Shown piece by piece: positions 17,418 to 30,238 of a stretch of 33,017 nt of DNA (its first letter is position 1; each line of letters begins with the position of its first letter). The DNA is from an uncultured Actinomycetes bacterium (GTDB lineage: Bacteria > Actinomycetota > Actinomycetes > S36-B12): assembly GCA_913061025.1 (NCBI GenBank), contig CAJXUJ010000003.1:1-33017 (forward strand), written 5' to 3'. Made by a program: the position numbers and the translations under genes. The notes beneath the pieces were generated by a model. The model was not told the DNA's origin, ran no database searches, and saw nothing but the letters and a program-made list of their open reading frames with translations.

Positions 17418-18118
17418 CGTCGGATAACACCCCGGTAGTTCCGGACGGCGTGAACGAACTCGACGTCATCGGCGTTCGCGAAGGTGCGTTCAACGTCTCG
17501 GGTTCGGGAGACACGAGTGGTTTTGGCGGTCTGGTCTCGCCGATCGTCATGCCCGGCCCCAGCGAGCGTCCCTACGGAGGCTGGTTCGACGAGGTCGCCG
17601 ATGAGATCGAACTCTCCCTGCAGGCACGAAATCTGCCTGTTTCATCGGTCATCGAAAAGGTGGTGATCGATCGCGGTGAAATCACGTTCTTCGTGCGCCG
17701 TGAGCACATCGTCGATTTCGCGAAGGTTCTCAGGGACGAGCCTGGCCTGCGTTTCGAGATGTGCATGGGGGTGAACGGCGTCCACTACCCCGAGGACGCC
17801 GGCCGTGAACTCCACGCGTGCTACCCCTTCCTGTCCATCACCCACAACCGCCGCATTCGCGTTGAGGTGACCGCGCCGGATGCCGACCCGCACATTCCGT
17901 CGATCGTCGGGGTCTATCCCTCGAACGATTGGCACGAGCGCGAAACCTGGGACTTCTTCGGCATCGTGTTTGACGGACACCCCGGTTTGACCCGTATCGA
18001 AATGCCCGACGACTGGGCCGGCCATCCCCAGCGCAAGGACTACCCGCTGGGTGGCATTCCGGTCGAGTACAAGGGCGCGACCATCCCTGCTCCCGACAAC
18101 CGGAGGGCGTACAACTGA
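17414..18118 (+). CDS. nuoC: NADH-quinone oxidoreductase subunit C
   Basis: [18 protein letters not shown] and [10 protein letters not shown]; start re-assigned to GTG 17414 (GTGA overlap with the nuoB stop). Confidence 0.94.
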   Translation: MTSDNTPVVPDGVNELDVIGVREGAFNVSGSGDTSGFGGLVSPIVMPGPSERPYGGWFDEVADEIELSLQARNLPVSSVIEKVVIDRGEITFFVRREHIVDFAKVLRDEPGLRFEMCMGVNGVHYPEDAGRELHACYPFLSITHNRRIRVEVTAPDADPHIPSIVGVYPSNDWHERETWDFFGIVFDGHPGLTRIEMPDDWAGHPQRKDYPLGGIPVEYKGATIPAPDNRRAYN

Positions 18119-19473
18119 TGAGCGACGTCACCTACACCAGTGTCGAGACGCCCGGCGAGGACATCTACGCCGGCAGTTACGAGACCACCGAGGGCACCAT
18201 CTACAACCTCGCGGGCGGGGACTGGGACACCATCGCCGCTGCGCCCGAGGGTGAGAAGGAACGCATCGTCGTCAACATGGGTCCGCAGCATCCCTCGACC
18301 CACGGCGTGCTGCGAATGATCCTCGAACTCGATGGCGAAACCGTGACCGACGCTCGATGCGGTATCGGCTATCTACACACGGGCATCGAGAAGAACATGG
18401 AGTTTCGCACCTGGGTGCAGGGCGTCACATTCGTCACTCGCATGGACTACCTCACCCCCTTCTTCAACGAGGCCGCCTACGTTCTCGCCGTCGAAAAACT
18501 CCTGGGAATCACCGAGCAGATTCCTGAGCGTGCGAACGTCATCCGCGTGATGATGATGGAACTCAACCGGGTTTCCTCCCACCTTGTCGCGCTGGCGACC
18601 GGCGGTATGGAACTGGGTGCGCTGACCGCTATGACGTTTGGTTTCCGCGAGCGCGAACTCGTCCTCGATCTCTTCGAGATGGTGACCGGTCTACGCATGA
18701 ACAGCGCGTTCTTCCGCCCCGGTGGCGTCGCGCAGGACCTGCCGGCCGATGGCGAGAAAGCGATCCGTGACACCCTCCCGTTGCTGCGTAAGCGGATGAA
18801 GGACACCGCTGATCTACTGATCGATAACGCCATCTGGATGGGTCGCACCGTGGACGTCGGTTACCTGGATCTCCAGGGGTGCATGGCACTGGGTATCACC
18901 GGTCCCGTTCTTCGGTCCGCTGGACTGCCGCACGACCTACGCAAGTCCCAGCCCTACTGCGGGTACGAGACCTACGAGTTCGATGTTCCCACTCAAACCT
19001 CGTGCGACGCCTACGGCCGCTTCCTGATCCGCATCGCCGAGATGCACGAGTCGTTGAAGATCGTCGAGCAGTGCCTGGATCGACTTGCACCGGGACCGGT
19101 CATGGTCGAAGACAAGAAGATCGCGTGGCCCGCTCAACTGGCCATCGGGGCCGATGGCCAGGGCAACTCCACGGAGCACATCAAGCACATCATGTCCGAA
19201 TCGATGGAAGCCTTGATCCACCACTTCAAGTTGGTGACCGAGGGCTTCACCGTTCCTCCGGGGCAGGCCTACGCCGCTGTGGAATCTCCACGCGGTGAGC
19301 TTGGCGCGCACGTGGTCAGCGCGGGCGGAACCCGCCCCTACCGCGTGCACTTCCGAGACCCGTCCTTCAACAACCTGCAGGCAACTGCAGCCATGTCCGA
19401 GGGTGCCATGGTCGCCGACGTCATCGCAGCCGTCGCGAGCATCGACCCCGTCATGGGTGGCGTGGACCGATAG
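18118..19473 (+). CDS. nuoD: NADH-quinone oxidoreductase subunit D
   Basis: [33 protein letters not shown] and DPVMGGVDR. Confidence 0.97.
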   Translation: MSDVTYTSVETPGEDIYAGSYETTEGTIYNLAGGDWDTIAAAPEGEKERIVVNMGPQHPSTHGVLRMILELDGETVTDARCGIGYLHTGIEKNMEFRTWVQGVTFVTRMDYLTPFFNEAAYVLAVEKLLGITEQIPERANVIRVMMMELNRVSSHLVALATGGMELGALTAMTFGFRERELVLDLFEMVTGLRMNSAFFRPGGVAQDLPADGEKAIRDTLPLLRKRMKDTADLLIDNAIWMGRTVDVGYLDLQGCMALGITGPVLRSAGLPHDLRKSQPYCGYETYEFDVPTQTSCDAYGRFLIRIAEMHESLKIVEQCLDRLAPGPVMVEDKKIAWPAQLAIGADGQGNSTEHIKHIMSESMEALIHHFKLVTEGFTVPPGQAYAAVESPRGELGAHVVSAGGTRPYRVHFRDPSFNNLQATAAMSEGAMVADVIAAVASIDPVMGGVDR

Positions 19474-19496
19474 CGAAAACTGGGAAGAGACCACCA

Positions 19497-20135
19497 ATGC
19501 CGATCAGCGAGAACACACGCGAGCAGATGCGAGAGATCGCGGCGCGCTATCCGAGTGCGCGCAGCGCGCTGTTGCCGATGCTCCACCTGGCGCAGAGCGA
19601 AGAAGACGAGATCACTACCGACGGCATCAACGCGTGCGCCGAGGTTCTCGACATCACGCCCGCCGAGGTGACGGCCGTCGCCACCTTCTACACGATGTAC
19701 AAGAGGGAGAAGGTCGGCAAGCACCACATCGGTGTCTGCATCAACACGATGTGCGGACTGCTCGGCGGCGACGCCGTTTGGGACGCGGTGGTCGAGGCCA
19801 CGAATGGCTCCAATAACGCGACCACGCCCGACGGTGAGTTCTTCCTCGAGCGGATCGAGTGCCAGGCTGCCTGCACGCACGCCCCGGTCATGACCGTCGA
19901 CTGGGAGTTCATGGACGATGTGACCCCGAGCAGTGCGGTAGAAGTTCTCGACAAGCTGCGCCGCGGTGAGCAGGTTCAGTCCACCCGTGGTCCCGTGATT
20001 CGAGACTTCGAGGCAACCGAGCACACACTCGCTTTCCCCGACGATGGTCTGGCCGACGCGCCGAGTGTGGACGACAAAATGCTCGCCGGACTCCGTATCG
20101 CCAAGGAGCAGGGAATGCAGGGAGGTAACGCCTGA
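19497..20135 (+). CDS. nuoE: NADH-quinone oxidoreductase subunit E
   Basis: SALLPMLH, VATFYTMY and 2Fe-2S ligands CINTMC...CQAAC. Confidence 0.95.
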   Translation: MPISENTREQMREIAARYPSARSALLPMLHLAQSEEDEITTDGINACAEVLDITPAEVTAVATFYTMYKREKVGKHHIGVCINTMCGLLGGDAVWDAVVEATNGSNNATTPDGEFFLERIECQAACTHAPVMTVDWEFMDDVTPSSAVEVLDKLRRGEQVQSTRGPVIRDFEATEHTLAFPDDGLADAPSVDDKMLAGLRIAKEQGMQGGNA

Positions 20136-21445
20136 TGGCTACCCCGTTGACCCCCGTTATCACCGAGTACTGGGATCGTCCGGATCTCTACACGCTCGAC
20201 GGTTACCGCGCGGTCGGTGGCTACCAAGCGCTGGAGAAGGCGCTGCGCACCGACCCGGACGACATCATCGCCCAGGTCAAGGACGCAGGTCTCCGAGGCC
20301 GAGGAGGTGCGGGCTTCCCCACCGGAATGAAGTGGAGTTTCGTTCCGCAGGGCGATGGCAAGCCGCACTACCTGGTGGTCAACGCCGACGAGTCCGAGCC
20401 GGGTGCGTGCAAGGACATCCCGATCATGATGGCCAACCCACACGCGCTCGTCGAGGGCGTCATCATCACCTCCTTCGCCATCCGCGCGAACCACGCGTTC
20501 ATCTACATCCGTGGTGAGGTGCCCAACGCGATTCGCAAGGTCGAGTTCGCGGTCAAGCAGGCGAAGGAAGCGGGCCTGATCGGCACCAACATCATGGGCA
20601 GCGGCTTCGACCTCGAGGTCGTCGTTCACTCCGGTGCCGGTGCCTACATCTGCGGCGAGGAAACGGCGCTTCTTGATTCCCTCGAGGGATACCGCGGCCA
20701 GCCACGGCTGAAGCCACCGTTCCCGGCGGTCGCGGGTCTGTATGCATCGCCAACGGTCATCAACAACGTTGAAACCATCGCGAACATTCCGTACATCGTC
20801 GATCGCGGCGTCGACTGGTTCCGCCAGTTCGGCACCGAGAAGTCACCCGGCTTCAAGGTCTTTGCTGTCTCCGGCCACGTCAAGCGGCCGGGTATCTACG
20901 AGGCCCCGCTGGGAATCACCATGCGTGAACTCCTCGACTACGCGGGCGGTATGCGCGATGGCAGTGAAGTCAAGTTCTGGCTGCCCGGCGGCTCCTCGGT
21001 CCCGCTGCTGACGGCCGAGCACCTCGATCTGCCGCTGACCTATGAGGCGATGGCCGAGGCGGGAACCATGCTAGGCACCGGAACCCCGATGGTCTTCGAC
21101 CAAACGGTGAGCGTCGTGAAGGCCGTGACTCGGTGGCTCGAGTTCTACAAGCACGAGTCCTGCGGCAAGTGCACCCCGTGTCGCGAGGGCACCTACTGGA
21201 TTACTGGTGTCCTCGAGAAGTTCGAGCACGGTCATGGCCAGCAGTCGGAGATGGACACCCTCGTCGATCTCTGCGGGCAGATCTCCGGACGCTCGTTCTG
21301 TGCGCTCGGTGATGCGGCTGCTACGCCATACCCCTCGGCCCTGAAGTACTTCCGCGAGGAATTCGAGGCGGCGACCCACACGTCTGCGGATGATCAGTTC
21401 GATCCGATCGCTTCCTACGTCTTCGCAGGAGTGGGTGCCCGATGA
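20135..21445 (+). CDS. nuoF: NADH-quinone oxidoreductase subunit F
   Basis: [31 protein letters not shown] and [12 protein letters not shown]. Confidence 0.97.
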   Translation: MATPLTPVITEYWDRPDLYTLDGYRAVGGYQALEKALRTDPDDIIAQVKDAGLRGRGGAGFPTGMKWSFVPQGDGKPHYLVVNADESEPGACKDIPIMMANPHALVEGVIITSFAIRANHAFIYIRGEVPNAIRKVEFAVKQAKEAGLIGTNIMGSGFDLEVVVHSGAGAYICGEETALLDSLEGYRGQPRLKPPFPAVAGLYASPTVINNVETIANIPYIVDRGVDWFRQFGTEKSPGFKVFAVSGHVKRPGIYEAPLGITMRELLDYAGGMRDGSEVKFWLPGGSSVPLLTAEHLDLPLTYEAMAEAGTMLGTGTPMVFDQTVSVVKAVTRWLEFYKHESCGKCTPCREGTYWITGVLEKFEHGHGQQSEMDTLVDLCGQISGRSFCALGDAAATPYPSALKYFREEFEAATHTSADDQFDPIASYVFAGVGAR

Positions 21446-23826
21446 CCATCACCAACGATTCCGGAGCCGAGGTAGCGGTCCCCTCCGAGCTCGTCACCGT
21501 CATCATCGACGGCGTGGCGATCGGCGTGCCCAAGGGCACCCTGGTTATCCGCGCCGCGGAGATGCTCGGCATCGAGATCCCGCGCTTTTGCGATCACCCG
21601 CTGCTCGACCCGGTGGCTGCCTGCCGTGCCTGCCTGATCGAGGTCGAGGGCATGCCCAAGCCGCAGCCCGCTTGCGCGCAGGTGGTGAGCGACGGCATGC
21701 AGGTCCGCACGCAGTACTCATCGGATGTCGCCCGTCTTGCGCAAGAGGGCGTGATGGAGTTCCTGCTGCTGAACCACCCGCTCGATTGCCCGGTGTGCGA
21801 CAAGGGTGGCGAATGCCCGCTCCAAAACCAGGCTATGAGCGTGGGCCGACCCGAATCGCGCTTCACCGAAGAGAAGCGGACGTTCGAGAAGCCGATCAAT
21901 GTGAGCGCCCAGGTGCTGTTGGACCGCGAGCGTTGCGTTTCGTGCGCTCGGTGCACGCGGTTCGCCGATCAGATCGCTGGCGATCCGATGATCGAGTTGC
22001 TCGAGCGAGGCGCTCGTCAGCAGGTCGGCACCGCCGCCGATGAACCCTTCGACTCCTACTTCTCGGGCAACACCATCCAGATCTGCCCGGTCGGCGCTCT
22101 CACCAGCGCCACCTATCGATTCCGTGCTCGGCCCTTCGACCTGGTGTCCGTGCCGACCTCCTGTGAGCACTGCGCTTCCGGCTGTTCCCTCCGTACCGAC
22201 TACCGACGCAGCACCATCACCCGGCGGTTGGCTTGGGACGATCCAGACGTCAACGAGGAGTGGAACTGCGACAAGGGCCGTTTCGCCTTCGCCTATCAGC
22301 AGCAGGGTCGCCTCGAGTGGCCGATGGTGCGCGAGAACGGCGAACTCCGCACCGCTTCGTGGCCGGAGGCCCTCGCGGTTGCCGCTCGTGGCTTGCAGTC
22401 GGCTGGCGCCGACACCGCGGTTCTCGTCGGTGGCCGCAGCACCATGGAGGACGCCTACGCCTACTCCCGCTTCGCGCGTTCGATTCTCCGCTCGGACAAC
22501 ATCGACTTCCGTGCCCGCGCGAACTCCGCCGAGGAGCAATCCTTCCTCGCTGCGCACGTAGCCGGCACTCCGATCAAGGTCGAGTACGCAGATCTCGAGA
22601 AGGCCCCGACCGTTCTGCTGGTCGCCTTCGAGCCCGAGGATGAGTCGCCGATCGTCTTCCTGCGCCTGCGCAAAGCCGCTGCGTCCAAAACCCGCGTGTT
22701 CTCGGTTGCACCGGTTGCTACCCGCGGCTTGGAGAAGATGAACGGGACCGTCATCCCCGCGGTTCCAGGCGACGAGGCTCGCACCCTGGCTGATCTTCCG
22801 GCCGACGTGCGCGAGGCCCTCGCGCAGCCCGGTGCGGTGATCATGGTGGGCGAACGTGCCGCCTCCGCTCCCGGCGCCCTGTCCGCAGTTGCCGCACTCG
22901 CCAACAGCACCGGTGCGGCGCTTGCGTGGGTTCCCCGCCGCGCAGGTGAGCGCGGTGCTCTCGACGCCGGAGCCCTCGCCGGTCTGCTCCCCGGTGGGCG
23001 ACCCCTCGAGGACCCGCAGGCTCGCGAGCAGGTGGCCCAGGCGTGGGGTGTGGCTGAAGCCGATCTGCCGCGCACCGGACTCGCGGGCCCAGCGCTCTAC
23101 GAAGCACTGCACTCGGGTTCGGTCAAGGCGGCTCTGGTTGGTGGCGTCGAAGGCTCCGACTACCCCGACGACCTAGCCGAGGCCCTGTCGAACGTCGAAT
23201 TCGTGGTGTCCCTCGAGAATCATCACTCCGACATCACCGCTGTCGCGGACGTTGTCCTTCCCGTCGCCGTCGTGAGTGAAAAGTCCGGCACCTTCCTGGA
23301 CTGGGAGGGGCGCCCGCGTCCCTTCGGGCAGGTATTCCGCGACGCCATGATGAATTCCGATGCGTCTGTCCTCGCGATGATCGCCGACGAGTTCGATGCG
23401 GCCACGCCGCGGACGGTGGCCGATCTTCGCGGTGAACTGGGCCGTCTGGGTCCCTGGCAGGGCAGCAGGCAAGCGCTCGAATCGACACCTGCAAGCGACG
23501 CAGTGACCGGGATTCGGCTGGCAACCTGGCGACTCCTTCTCGATCTCGGTGTGATGCAGGAGGGGGATCCGCATCTCGCGGCCACGGCCCGTCCGACGGT
23601 CGCTCGCATGTCACCGGCCACCGCAACCCAGAGCGGTCTTGCTGAGGGCATGCACGTCAGCGTTAGCGGACCACGGGGATCGGTGACGGTCCCGGTCGAG
23701 ATCGATGAGTCGATGCTCGATTCGGTGGTCTGGCTCCCCATGAACTCCGAGGGCAGCCGCGTCTATCGAGACCTCGGAGTTGGCTATGGCGACACCGTTC
23801 AACTGAGCAAGGGAGTCCCGGCATGA
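21442..23826 (+). CDS. nuoG: NADH-quinone oxidoreductase subunit G
   Basis: Fe-S motifs [32 protein letters not shown]...CPVGAL and CEHCASGC...CDKGRF. Confidence 0.96.
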   Translation: MTITNDSGAEVAVPSELVTVIIDGVAIGVPKGTLVIRAAEMLGIEIPRFCDHPLLDPVAACRACLIEVEGMPKPQPACAQVVSDGMQVRTQYSSDVARLAQEGVMEFLLLNHPLDCPVCDKGGECPLQNQAMSVGRPESRFTEEKRTFEKPINVSAQVLLDRERCVSCARCTRFADQIAGDPMIELLERGARQQVGTAADEPFDSYFSGNTIQICPVGALTSATYRFRARPFDLVSVPTSCEHCASGCSLRTDYRRSTITRRLAWDDPDVNEEWNCDKGRFAFAYQQQGRLEWPMVRENGELRTASWPEALAVAARGLQSAGADTAVLVGGRSTMEDAYAYSRFARSILRSDNIDFRARANSAEEQSFLAAHVAGTPIKVEYADLEKAPTVLLVAFEPEDESPIVFLRLRKAAASKTRVFSVAPVATRGLEKMNGTVIPAVPGDEARTLADLPADVREALAQPGAVIMVGERAASAPGALSAVAALANSTGAALAWVPRRAGERGALDAGALAGLLPGGRPLEDPQAREQVAQAWGVAEADLPRTGLAGPALYEALHSGSVKAALVGGVEGSDYPDDLAEALSNVEFVVSLENHHSDITAVADVVLPVAVVSEKSGTFLDWEGRPRPFGQVFRDAMMNSDASVLAMIADEFDAATPRTVADLRGELGRLGPWQGSRQALESTPASDAVTGIRLATWRLLLDLGVMQEGDPHLAATARPTVARMSPATATQSGLAEGMHVSVSGPRGSVTVPVEIDESMLDSVVWLPMNSEGSRVYRDLGVGYGDTVQLSKGVPA

Positions 23827-25166
23827 CCGACGGTCAGTTCGGCATCTTCGGCGGGGACCCGTGGTGGTTGGTCCTGGGCAAGACCGTTGCCATCTTCGCG
23901 CTGCTCGTCTTGCTGACGCTGTTCACCATCTGGTGGGAGCGCCGGGTGGTGTCGCGGATGCAGAACCGCATCGGACCGAACCGTGTTGGTCCGCAAGGAC
24001 TCCTGCAGTCCCTCATGGATGGCTTCAAACTTGCCTTCAAGGAAGAGGTCATTCCGAAGGCTGCCCACGTTGGCGTCTACTGGATAGCCCCGGTGATTTC
24101 GGCAACAGCAGCGTTCATCGCCTTCGCCGTCATCCCGTTCGGACCGACCGTCTCGGTCTTCGGAGTTGAGACGCCGCTTCAGTTGACCGACTTCCCCGTT
24201 TCGGTGCTGTACGTACTTGCCATCGCGTCGATCGGTGTCTACGGTCTCGTGCTCGCGGGCTGGTCGTCCGGTTCCACCTACCCGCTGCTGGGAGGCCTCC
24301 GCTCGACCGCGCAGGTGATCTCCTACGAGATCGCGATGGGTCTGTCCTTCGTCGCCGTATTCATCTACGCCGGTTCCATGTCCACATCGCAGATCGTGCT
24401 TGCTCAGGAGCCGATCTGGTTCGCGGTGATCTTGTTGCCGAGCTTCCTGATCTACGTGACGTCCATGGTCGGCGAGACCAACCGCGCACCGTTTGACCTT
24501 CCCGAAGCTGAGGGTGAACTTGTCGGTGGTTTCCACACCGAGTACTCGTCATTGAAGTTCGCCATGTTCTTCCTCGCCGAGTACATCAACATGGTCACCG
24601 TCTCCGCGCTCGCGACCACCCTCTTCCTCGGTGGCTACCTCGCGCCGTGGCCGCTATCTCTGTGGGAAGGCGCCAACTCCGGCTGGTGGCCCGTCCTGTG
24701 GTGGCTGATCAAGGTGCAACTATTCATATTCCTGTTCATCTGGCTACGTGGAACGCTGCCACGTCTGCGCTACGACCAGTTCATGAAGTTCGGTTGGAAG
24801 GTACTCATCCCCGTTGCCCTGGTCTGGGTGGTGATCGTCTCCATCGCTCGACTGTTCCGCAACGACGTCAACCTCTCGAACACCGAACTGCTGTTGGTCG
24901 GTGCTGTGGTGATCGTCGTGTTGCTGGGTGGCTCGTGGCTGCTCCAGATCCGTGCCAACCGCAAGGAGGACCGTCGGGCGCAGGCCGAGGAAGACAACGC
25001 CCGGCGCGTCAACGAGGTTCTGACGGGAGCCGCCACCGGTCATCCCGTTCCGCCACTACCGGGTCAACGGTTCGAATACACACCCCGTCGGGCAACGGTG
25101 ACGTCTCCGGCGATCGCAAGTGACAGCGCGGATGATTCCGCGAAGGAGGAGGGCACAGATGCCTGA
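23823..25166 (+). CDS. nuoH: NADH-quinone oxidoreductase subunit H
   Basis: [40 protein letters not shown] and PRLRYDQ; long C-terminal tail as in other actinobacteria. Confidence 0.96.
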   Translation: MTDGQFGIFGGDPWWLVLGKTVAIFALLVLLTLFTIWWERRVVSRMQNRIGPNRVGPQGLLQSLMDGFKLAFKEEVIPKAAHVGVYWIAPVISATAAFIAFAVIPFGPTVSVFGVETPLQLTDFPVSVLYVLAIASIGVYGLVLAGWSSGSTYPLLGGLRSTAQVISYEIAMGLSFVAVFIYAGSMSTSQIVLAQEPIWFAVILLPSFLIYVTSMVGETNRAPFDLPEAEGELVGGFHTEYSSLKFAMFFLAEYINMVTVSALATTLFLGGYLAPWPLSLWEGANSGWWPVLWWLIKVQLFIFLFIWLRGTLPRLRYDQFMKFGWKVLIPVALVWVVIVSIARLFRNDVNLSNTELLLVGAVVIVVLLGGSWLLQIRANRKEDRRAQAEEDNARRVNEVLTGAATGHPVPPLPGQRFEYTPRRATVTSPAIASDSADDSAKEEGTDA

Positions 25167-25692
25167 GTTGCCCCAAGCCGTGCGCGGCTTCGGTGTCACC
25201 TTCGGGACGATGTTCAAGAAGGTTGTCACCGAGCAGTACCCGGAGGACAAGCAGCCGACCAAGCCCCGTTTCCACGGCCGGCACCAACTCAACCGTTGGG
25301 CCGATGGACTCGAGAAGTGTGTCGGTTGTGAGTTGTGCGCGTGGGCCTGCCCGGCCGATGCGATCTACGTTGAGGGTGCAGACAACACCGATGAAGAGCG
25401 CTACTCCCCAGGGGAGCGCTACGGCCGCGTCTACCAGATCAACTACCTCCGCTGCATCTTCTGCGGACTGTGCATCGAAGCGTGCCCGACCCGAGCGCTC
25501 ACCATGACCAACGAATACGAACTCGCGGACAGCAGCCGTGCGGACTTGATCTACGAGAAGGACCAACTCTTGGCACCGCTGCTGCCGGGAATGGTCCAAC
25601 CGCCGCACCCGATGGTCCCGGGCACCACCGAGCAGGACTACTACGCAAACAAGGTCACCGGCGCGGTGCCCGAACAGGAGCAGGCCTCATGA
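25159..25692 (+). CDS. nuoI: NADH-quinone oxidoreductase subunit I
   Basis: Two CxxCxxCxxxCP motifs ([24 protein letters not shown]); start ATG 25159 after the SD AGGAGG. Confidence 0.96.
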   Translation: MPELPQAVRGFGVTFGTMFKKVVTEQYPEDKQPTKPRFHGRHQLNRWADGLEKCVGCELCAWACPADAIYVEGADNTDEERYSPGERYGRVYQINYLRCIFCGLCIEACPTRALTMTNEYELADSSRADLIYEKDQLLAPLLPGMVQPPHPMVPGTTEQDYYANKVTGAVPEQEQAS

Positions 25693-26486
25693 CCGGAGGG
25701 GAAGTAGGAACCGGAGAGGCGATCGTCTTTTGGGTGAGCGGCACCCTTGCCGTCATCGGGGCACTTGGAATGGTCATCTCACGCAAGGCGGTGCACAGCG
25801 CTCTGTTCATCGCCTTGACGATGGTGAACCTAGCCATCCTGTACGTCGCGAACTCCGCTCCATTCCTCGGAATGGTGCAGATCATCGTCTACACCGGCGC
25901 GGTGATGATGCTGTTCCTGTTCGTCCTCATGGTGGTCGGCGTCGATTCGTCGGACTCGCTCATCGAGACGATCAAGGGCCAGCGGGTTGCTGGACTCTTG
26001 CTCGGCATCGGATTCTCGATCCTCCTTATCGCCGGCATCGGCAACGGCCTGATGGAGACATCCTCGGTCGGGTTGAATGCCGCGAACTCTGCTCAGGGCG
26101 GGAATGTCGAGGGCCTCGCGGCGTTGATGTTCGGCCCGTACCTCATCGCCTTCGAGGTCACCGCTGCGTTGCTCATCACCGCTGCGATGGGAGCGATGAT
26201 CCTCACGCACCGCGAGCGCTGGATGCCCAAGCGCACGCAGCGCGAGCTCTCCCAGGATCGCTTTGCCTCCGGCGAGCATCCCGGTCAGTTGCCACCCCCC
26301 GGTGTCTACGCGCGCCACAACGCGGTGGACACCCCCGCACTTCTGCCGGACGGCAGCACCAGCGACCTCAGCATCCCCGAGCCCCTGCGCGCTCGCGAGG
26401 ATGTGCGGGACGTGGATCACGCGGACATCGAAGAAGTTCGCCAATTGTCCGGGGGGTCGTCCTCGACCGAGGGTGAGGATCGATGA
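25689..26486 (+). CDS. nuoJ: NADH-quinone oxidoreductase subunit J
   Basis: [19 protein letters not shown] and FEVTAALL; start re-assigned to ATG 25689 (ATGA overlap with the nuoI stop). Confidence 0.94.
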   Translation: MTGGEVGTGEAIVFWVSGTLAVIGALGMVISRKAVHSALFIALTMVNLAILYVANSAPFLGMVQIIVYTGAVMMLFLFVLMVVGVDSSDSLIETIKGQRVAGLLLGIGFSILLIAGIGNGLMETSSVGLNAANSAQGGNVEGLAALMFGPYLIAFEVTAALLITAAMGAMILTHRERWMPKRTQRELSQDRFASGEHPGQLPPPGVYARHNAVDTPALLPDGSTSDLSIPEPLRAREDVRDVDHADIEEVRQLSGGSSSTEGEDR

Positions 26487-26782
26487 ACCCGGCCAATTAC
26501 GTCTTGCTTTCGGCGCTGCTGTTCAGCATCGGCGCTATCGGTGTTCTCGTTCGTCGCAACGCGATCATCGTGTTCATGTCGGTCGAGCTAATGCTCAACG
26601 CGGCGAATCTTGCTTTCGTCGCATTCGCGCGGATGAACGGAAACCTCGACGGACAGGTTGTCGCCTTCTTCGTGATGGTCGTTGCGGCCGCGGAGGTCGT
26701 CGTCGGTCTCGCGATCATCGTGACCATTTTCCGAACCCGTAGATCCGCGTCGATCGACGAACCCAACTTGCTGAAGTACTGA
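26483..26782 (+). CDS. nuoK: NADH-quinone oxidoreductase subunit K
   Basis: [17 protein letters not shown] and [12 protein letters not shown]. Confidence 0.96.
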   Translation: MNPANYVLLSALLFSIGAIGVLVRRNAIIVFMSVELMLNAANLAFVAFARMNGNLDGQVVAFFVMVVAAAEVVVGLAIIVTIFRTRRSASIDEPNLLKY

Positions 26783-26798
26783 CGAATAGGACGGATAC

Positions 26799-28691
26799 GT
26801 GACTGAGATCATCCCCGCCGAGGGGATCTTCGGACTGCTGTGGGTGCTTATCGCACTGCCCGCAGTGGGTGCGGTGATCCTGCTCTTCGGTGGACGTCGA
26901 ACCAATTCCTGGGGTCCGTACCTGGGCGTCCTCACCGTCGTCGGCTCCGCCGTGCTCGGCGTCCTGATGCTGCTCGCGATGATGGACCAGCCGGCCGAGC
27001 AACGCACCGTCGTGCAGAACGTCTACGACTGGGTCTTCGTCGGGAGTTTCCAGGCGTCCTTTGCTCTGCAACTCGACCAGCTCTCCATGGTCTTCGTCCT
27101 GCTGATCACCATCGTCGGCGCGCTGATTCACATCTACTCGCTCGGCTACATGTCGCACGATCCAGACCGGCGCAAGTTCTTCGGCTACCTCAACTTGTTC
27201 GTTGCAGCGATGCTGATCCTCGTTCTGGCCAATAACTACCTCCTGCTGTACGTCGGCTGGGAAGGTGTGGGTCTGGCTAGCTACCTGCTCATCGGTTTCT
27301 GGCAGCAAAAGCCCACGGCTGCAGCCGCTGCCAAGAAGGCCTTCATCATCAACCGCGTGGGCGACGTCGGTCTGTCCCTCGCGATCATGCTGATCTTCGT
27401 CACCTTCGGATCGATCACCTTCCAGGATGTGTTCGGGCAGGCCAGCGAGGCCAGCGAGGGCACCCTCACGGCGATCGGTCTGCTGCTACTTCTCGCGGCC
27501 GCCGGCAAGTCCGCGCAGTTCCCGCTCCAGGCCTGGCTGCTCGACGCGATGGAAGGCCCTACTCCCGTGTCGGCACTCATCCACGCTGCGACGATGGTCA
27601 CCGCGGGCGTTTACCTGATTGCCCGCAGCAACGCGATCTACGACGCCGCGGCATGGGCCGCAACGGCCGTGGTTGTGGTGGGCCTGATCACCATCTTCAT
27701 GGGCGCGATCATCGGTTCGGCGAAGGACGACATCAAGAAGTCCCTTGCTGGTTCCACGATGAGCCAGATCGGCTACATGGTCTTCGCGGCCGGTCTTGGT
27801 CCGATCGGCTACGTCTTCGCGATCTTCCACCTGCTCACCCACGGCGTTTTCAAGGCCGGTCTCTTCCTTGGTGCCGGATCCGTCATGCACGGCATGAACG
27901 ACAACGTGAACATGCGCAGGTACGGAGCGCTCAAGGGCGTCATGGTCATCACGTTCATCACCTTTATGGCCGGTTACCTCGCGATCATCGGGATTCCACC
28001 GTTCTCTGGGTTCTGGTCGAAGGACGAGATCATCCACGCTGCTTTCGAGCGCAACTGGGTAATCGGTGCGGCCGCGATCCTCGCCGCTGGTATCACCGGC
28101 TTCTACATGACCCGGATGATCGCCATGACGTTCTTCGGCAAGAAGCGTTGGGAGGACGACGCCCATCCGCACGAGTCCCCAGCCGTGATGACGATCCCGC
28201 TGATCATCCTGGCGATCGGGTCCACGTTCCTGGGTATGGCGTTGCTGTTCTGGGGCAACATCGAAGAGTGGCTCGAGCCGGTGGTCGGTTACGAGTCCGT
28301 CCCGACGCCGCTGCCGACGTCCTTCTACATCGCGGTCACGCTTGTCGTGGTCATCATCGGTGCGATCATCGGCTGGGTCATGTACGCCCGCAAGGACGTT
28401 CCCGTCGAGGCCCCGCGCGGCAATGCGCTGACCCGGGCCGCCCGCCAAGATCTGTACGGCGATGCTGTGAACGATGTCTTGGTGGTGGAGCCGACCTACC
28501 GGACCGCTCAGGCGCTGACCACCTTCGACACCAAGGCCGTCGACGGTTTCGTGAACTGGACGGCCACGTTCGTCGGAGATCTAGCTCGTCGCTTGCGGCG
28601 TAGTCAAAGCGGGTTCGCCCGTTCGTACGCGTTGTCCATGGTTGGGGGCGCCCTCATCGTCGCCCTCGCTCTGATCCTGGTGAGGCTGTAG
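26799..28691 (+). CDS. nuoL: NADH-quinone oxidoreductase subunit L
   Basis: [48 protein letters not shown] and [10 protein letters not shown]. Confidence 0.96.
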   Translation: MTEIIPAEGIFGLLWVLIALPAVGAVILLFGGRRTNSWGPYLGVLTVVGSAVLGVLMLLAMMDQPAEQRTVVQNVYDWVFVGSFQASFALQLDQLSMVFVLLITIVGALIHIYSLGYMSHDPDRRKFFGYLNLFVAAMLILVLANNYLLLYVGWEGVGLASYLLIGFWQQKPTAAAAAKKAFIINRVGDVGLSLAIMLIFVTFGSITFQDVFGQASEASEGTLTAIGLLLLLAAAGKSAQFPLQAWLLDAMEGPTPVSALIHAATMVTAGVYLIARSNAIYDAAAWAATAVVVVGLITIFMGAIIGSAKDDIKKSLAGSTMSQIGYMVFAAGLGPIGYVFAIFHLLTHGVFKAGLFLGAGSVMHGMNDNVNMRRYGALKGVMVITFITFMAGYLAIIGIPPFSGFWSKDEIIHAAFERNWVIGAAAILAAGITGFYMTRMIAMTFFGKKRWEDDAHPHESPAVMTIPLIILAIGSTFLGMALLFWGNIEEWLEPVVGYESVPTPLPTSFYIAVTLVVVIIGAIIGWVMYARKDVPVEAPRGNALTRAARQDLYGDAVNDVLVVEPTYRTAQALTTFDTKAVDGFVNWTATFVGDLARRLRRSQSGFARSYALSMVGGALIVALALILVRL

Positions 28692-30238
28692 TGAGTGCGT
28701 TTCCCTGGTTGACCACCCTCGGGGTGCTGCCACTTCTCGGCAGCATCGTGGTCGCCCTGCTACCCAAGTCGAAGCCGACGCTGGCCAAGCAAGTCGCGCT
28801 CGCCGTCTCCTTCATCGTCCTCGGTGGCACCGTCGCTATGGCGCTGCAGTTCGACGGATCCTCCACGGCGCCGTTCCAGTTCGTCGAGTCCTACCCGTGG
28901 ATCCCAGCCTTCGGTATCTCGTACTCAGTCGGCCTCGACGGCATCGGCCTGGTGCTCGTCGCCCTTGCTGCGACGCTCGTACCGATCGTGATCCTCGCCG
29001 GCTGGCGGGATATCGAGGGGGATCAAGAGTCCGAGGGTTCGGTCAAGGGTTACTTCGCCCTGATCCTTGCGCTCGAGGCGCTGATGATCGGGGTCTTCTC
29101 GGCCACCGACGTCTTCCTGTTCTACGTGTTCTTCGAAGTGATGCTGGTCCCGGTCTACTTCATGATCGGTCGTTACGGCGGTCCGCAGCGCTCCTACGCC
29201 GCGATCAAGTTCCTGCTCTACAGCCTCCTCGGTGGCCTGTTCATGCTGGCGTCGTTGATCGGCCTGTACGTCGTGTCCGCGCGCGAGCTCGGCACCGGCA
29301 CCTTCGACTTCCTGTCCCTCGTTGGACTGGACATGGATCCGAACACGCAGAAGATGCTGTTCCTCGGCTTCTTCTTCGCCTTCGCCATCAAGGCCCCGCT
29401 GTGGCCGTTCCACACCTGGTTGCCGGACGCCGCCGCGCAGTCCAAGCCCGGCACCTCGGTGTTGTTGATCGGTGTGTTGGACAAGGTCGGCACCTTCGGA
29501 ATGATCCGCTACTGCCTGCCGATCTTCCCGGCGGCGAGTGAGTTCTACGCACCCGTGGTCATCGGAATGGCGCTGATCGGCATCTTCTACGGCGCATATG
29601 TCGCGCTCACCGCTTCGGACATGAAGCGGCTGTTCGCCTATTCCTCGATGTCCCACTTCGGCTTCATCGCCCTCGGCATCTTCGTGTTCACCAGCGCCGG
29701 ACAGTCGGGCTCGGTCGTCTACATGGTTGCCCACGGACTCTCCACCGCTGCGCTGTTCCTAACCGCTGGATTCCTGATGTCTCGACGTCGGGAATCGGCA
29801 CTCATCTCCGACTACGGCGGCGTGAACAAGGTCGCCCCGGTCCTGGCCGGGTTCTTCCTCGTCGCGGCGCTCTCCTCGCTCGCCCTTCCGGGCCTGGTCT
29901 CGTTCGTCGGTGAGTTCCTGGTTCTGCTGGGAGCGTTCGAGCGCTTCCTGTGGGTCGGCGCCGTCGCCACACTCGGCATCGTCATCACTGCGGCCTACGT
30001 GCTCCGCCTCTACCAGAAGTCGATGACCGGACCGGTGAATCCGAGCGTCGAGGGCATCACGGACCTGAAGGGTCGGGAGATCACGGCCCTGGTTCCGATT
30101 GCCGCCCTGACCATCACCCTCGGCTTCTACCCGGCGCCGTTGCTGAACGTGATTAACCCGGCGGTCGACTGGACCATGAGCACCATTTCGGCGGTCGATC
30201 CGGACCCGGTCCTCTCGAGTGAAGGAGGTCAGCAGTGA
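28691..30238 (+). CDS. nuoM: NADH-quinone oxidoreductase subunit M
   Basis: FYVFFEVML, AIKAPLWPFHTWLPDA, AYSSMSHFG and LPGLVSFVGEF. Confidence 0.96.
   Translation: MSAFPWLTTLGVLPLLGSIVVALLPKSKPTLAKQVALAVSFIVLGGTVAMALQFDGSSTAPFQFVESYPWIPAFGISYSVGLDGIGLVLVALAATLVPIVILAGWRDIEGDQESEGSVKGYFALILALEALMIGVFSATDVFLFYVFFEVMLVPVYFMIGRYGGPQRSYAAIKFLLYSLLGGLFMLASLIGLYVVSARELGTGTFDFLSLVGLDMDPNTQKMLFLGFFFAFAIKAPLWPFHTWLPDAAAQSKPGTSVLLIGVLDKVGTFGMIRYCLPIFPAASEFYAPVVIGMALIGIFYGAYVALTASDMKRLFAYSSMSHFGFIALGIFVFTSAGQSGSVVYMVAHGLSTAALFLTAGFLMSRRRESALISDYGGVNKVAPVLAGFFLVAALSSLALPGLVSFVGEFLVLLGAFERFLWVGAVATLGIVITAAYVLRLYQKSMTGPVNPSVEGITDLKGREITALVPIAALTITLGFYPAPLLNVINPAVDWTMSTISAVDPDPVLSSEGGQQ

Noticed and set aside
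21718-23112. 464-aa minus-strand ORF opposite nuoG, and similar ones at 10638-11738, 27486-28448 and 28925-29734
   Set aside because: Stop-poor antisense frames caused by the codon bias of well-conserved genes; no independent start signals or domain features.
24950-26486. Long C-terminal tails on NuoH and NuoJ
   Set aside because: Normal features of actinobacterial complex I subunits.
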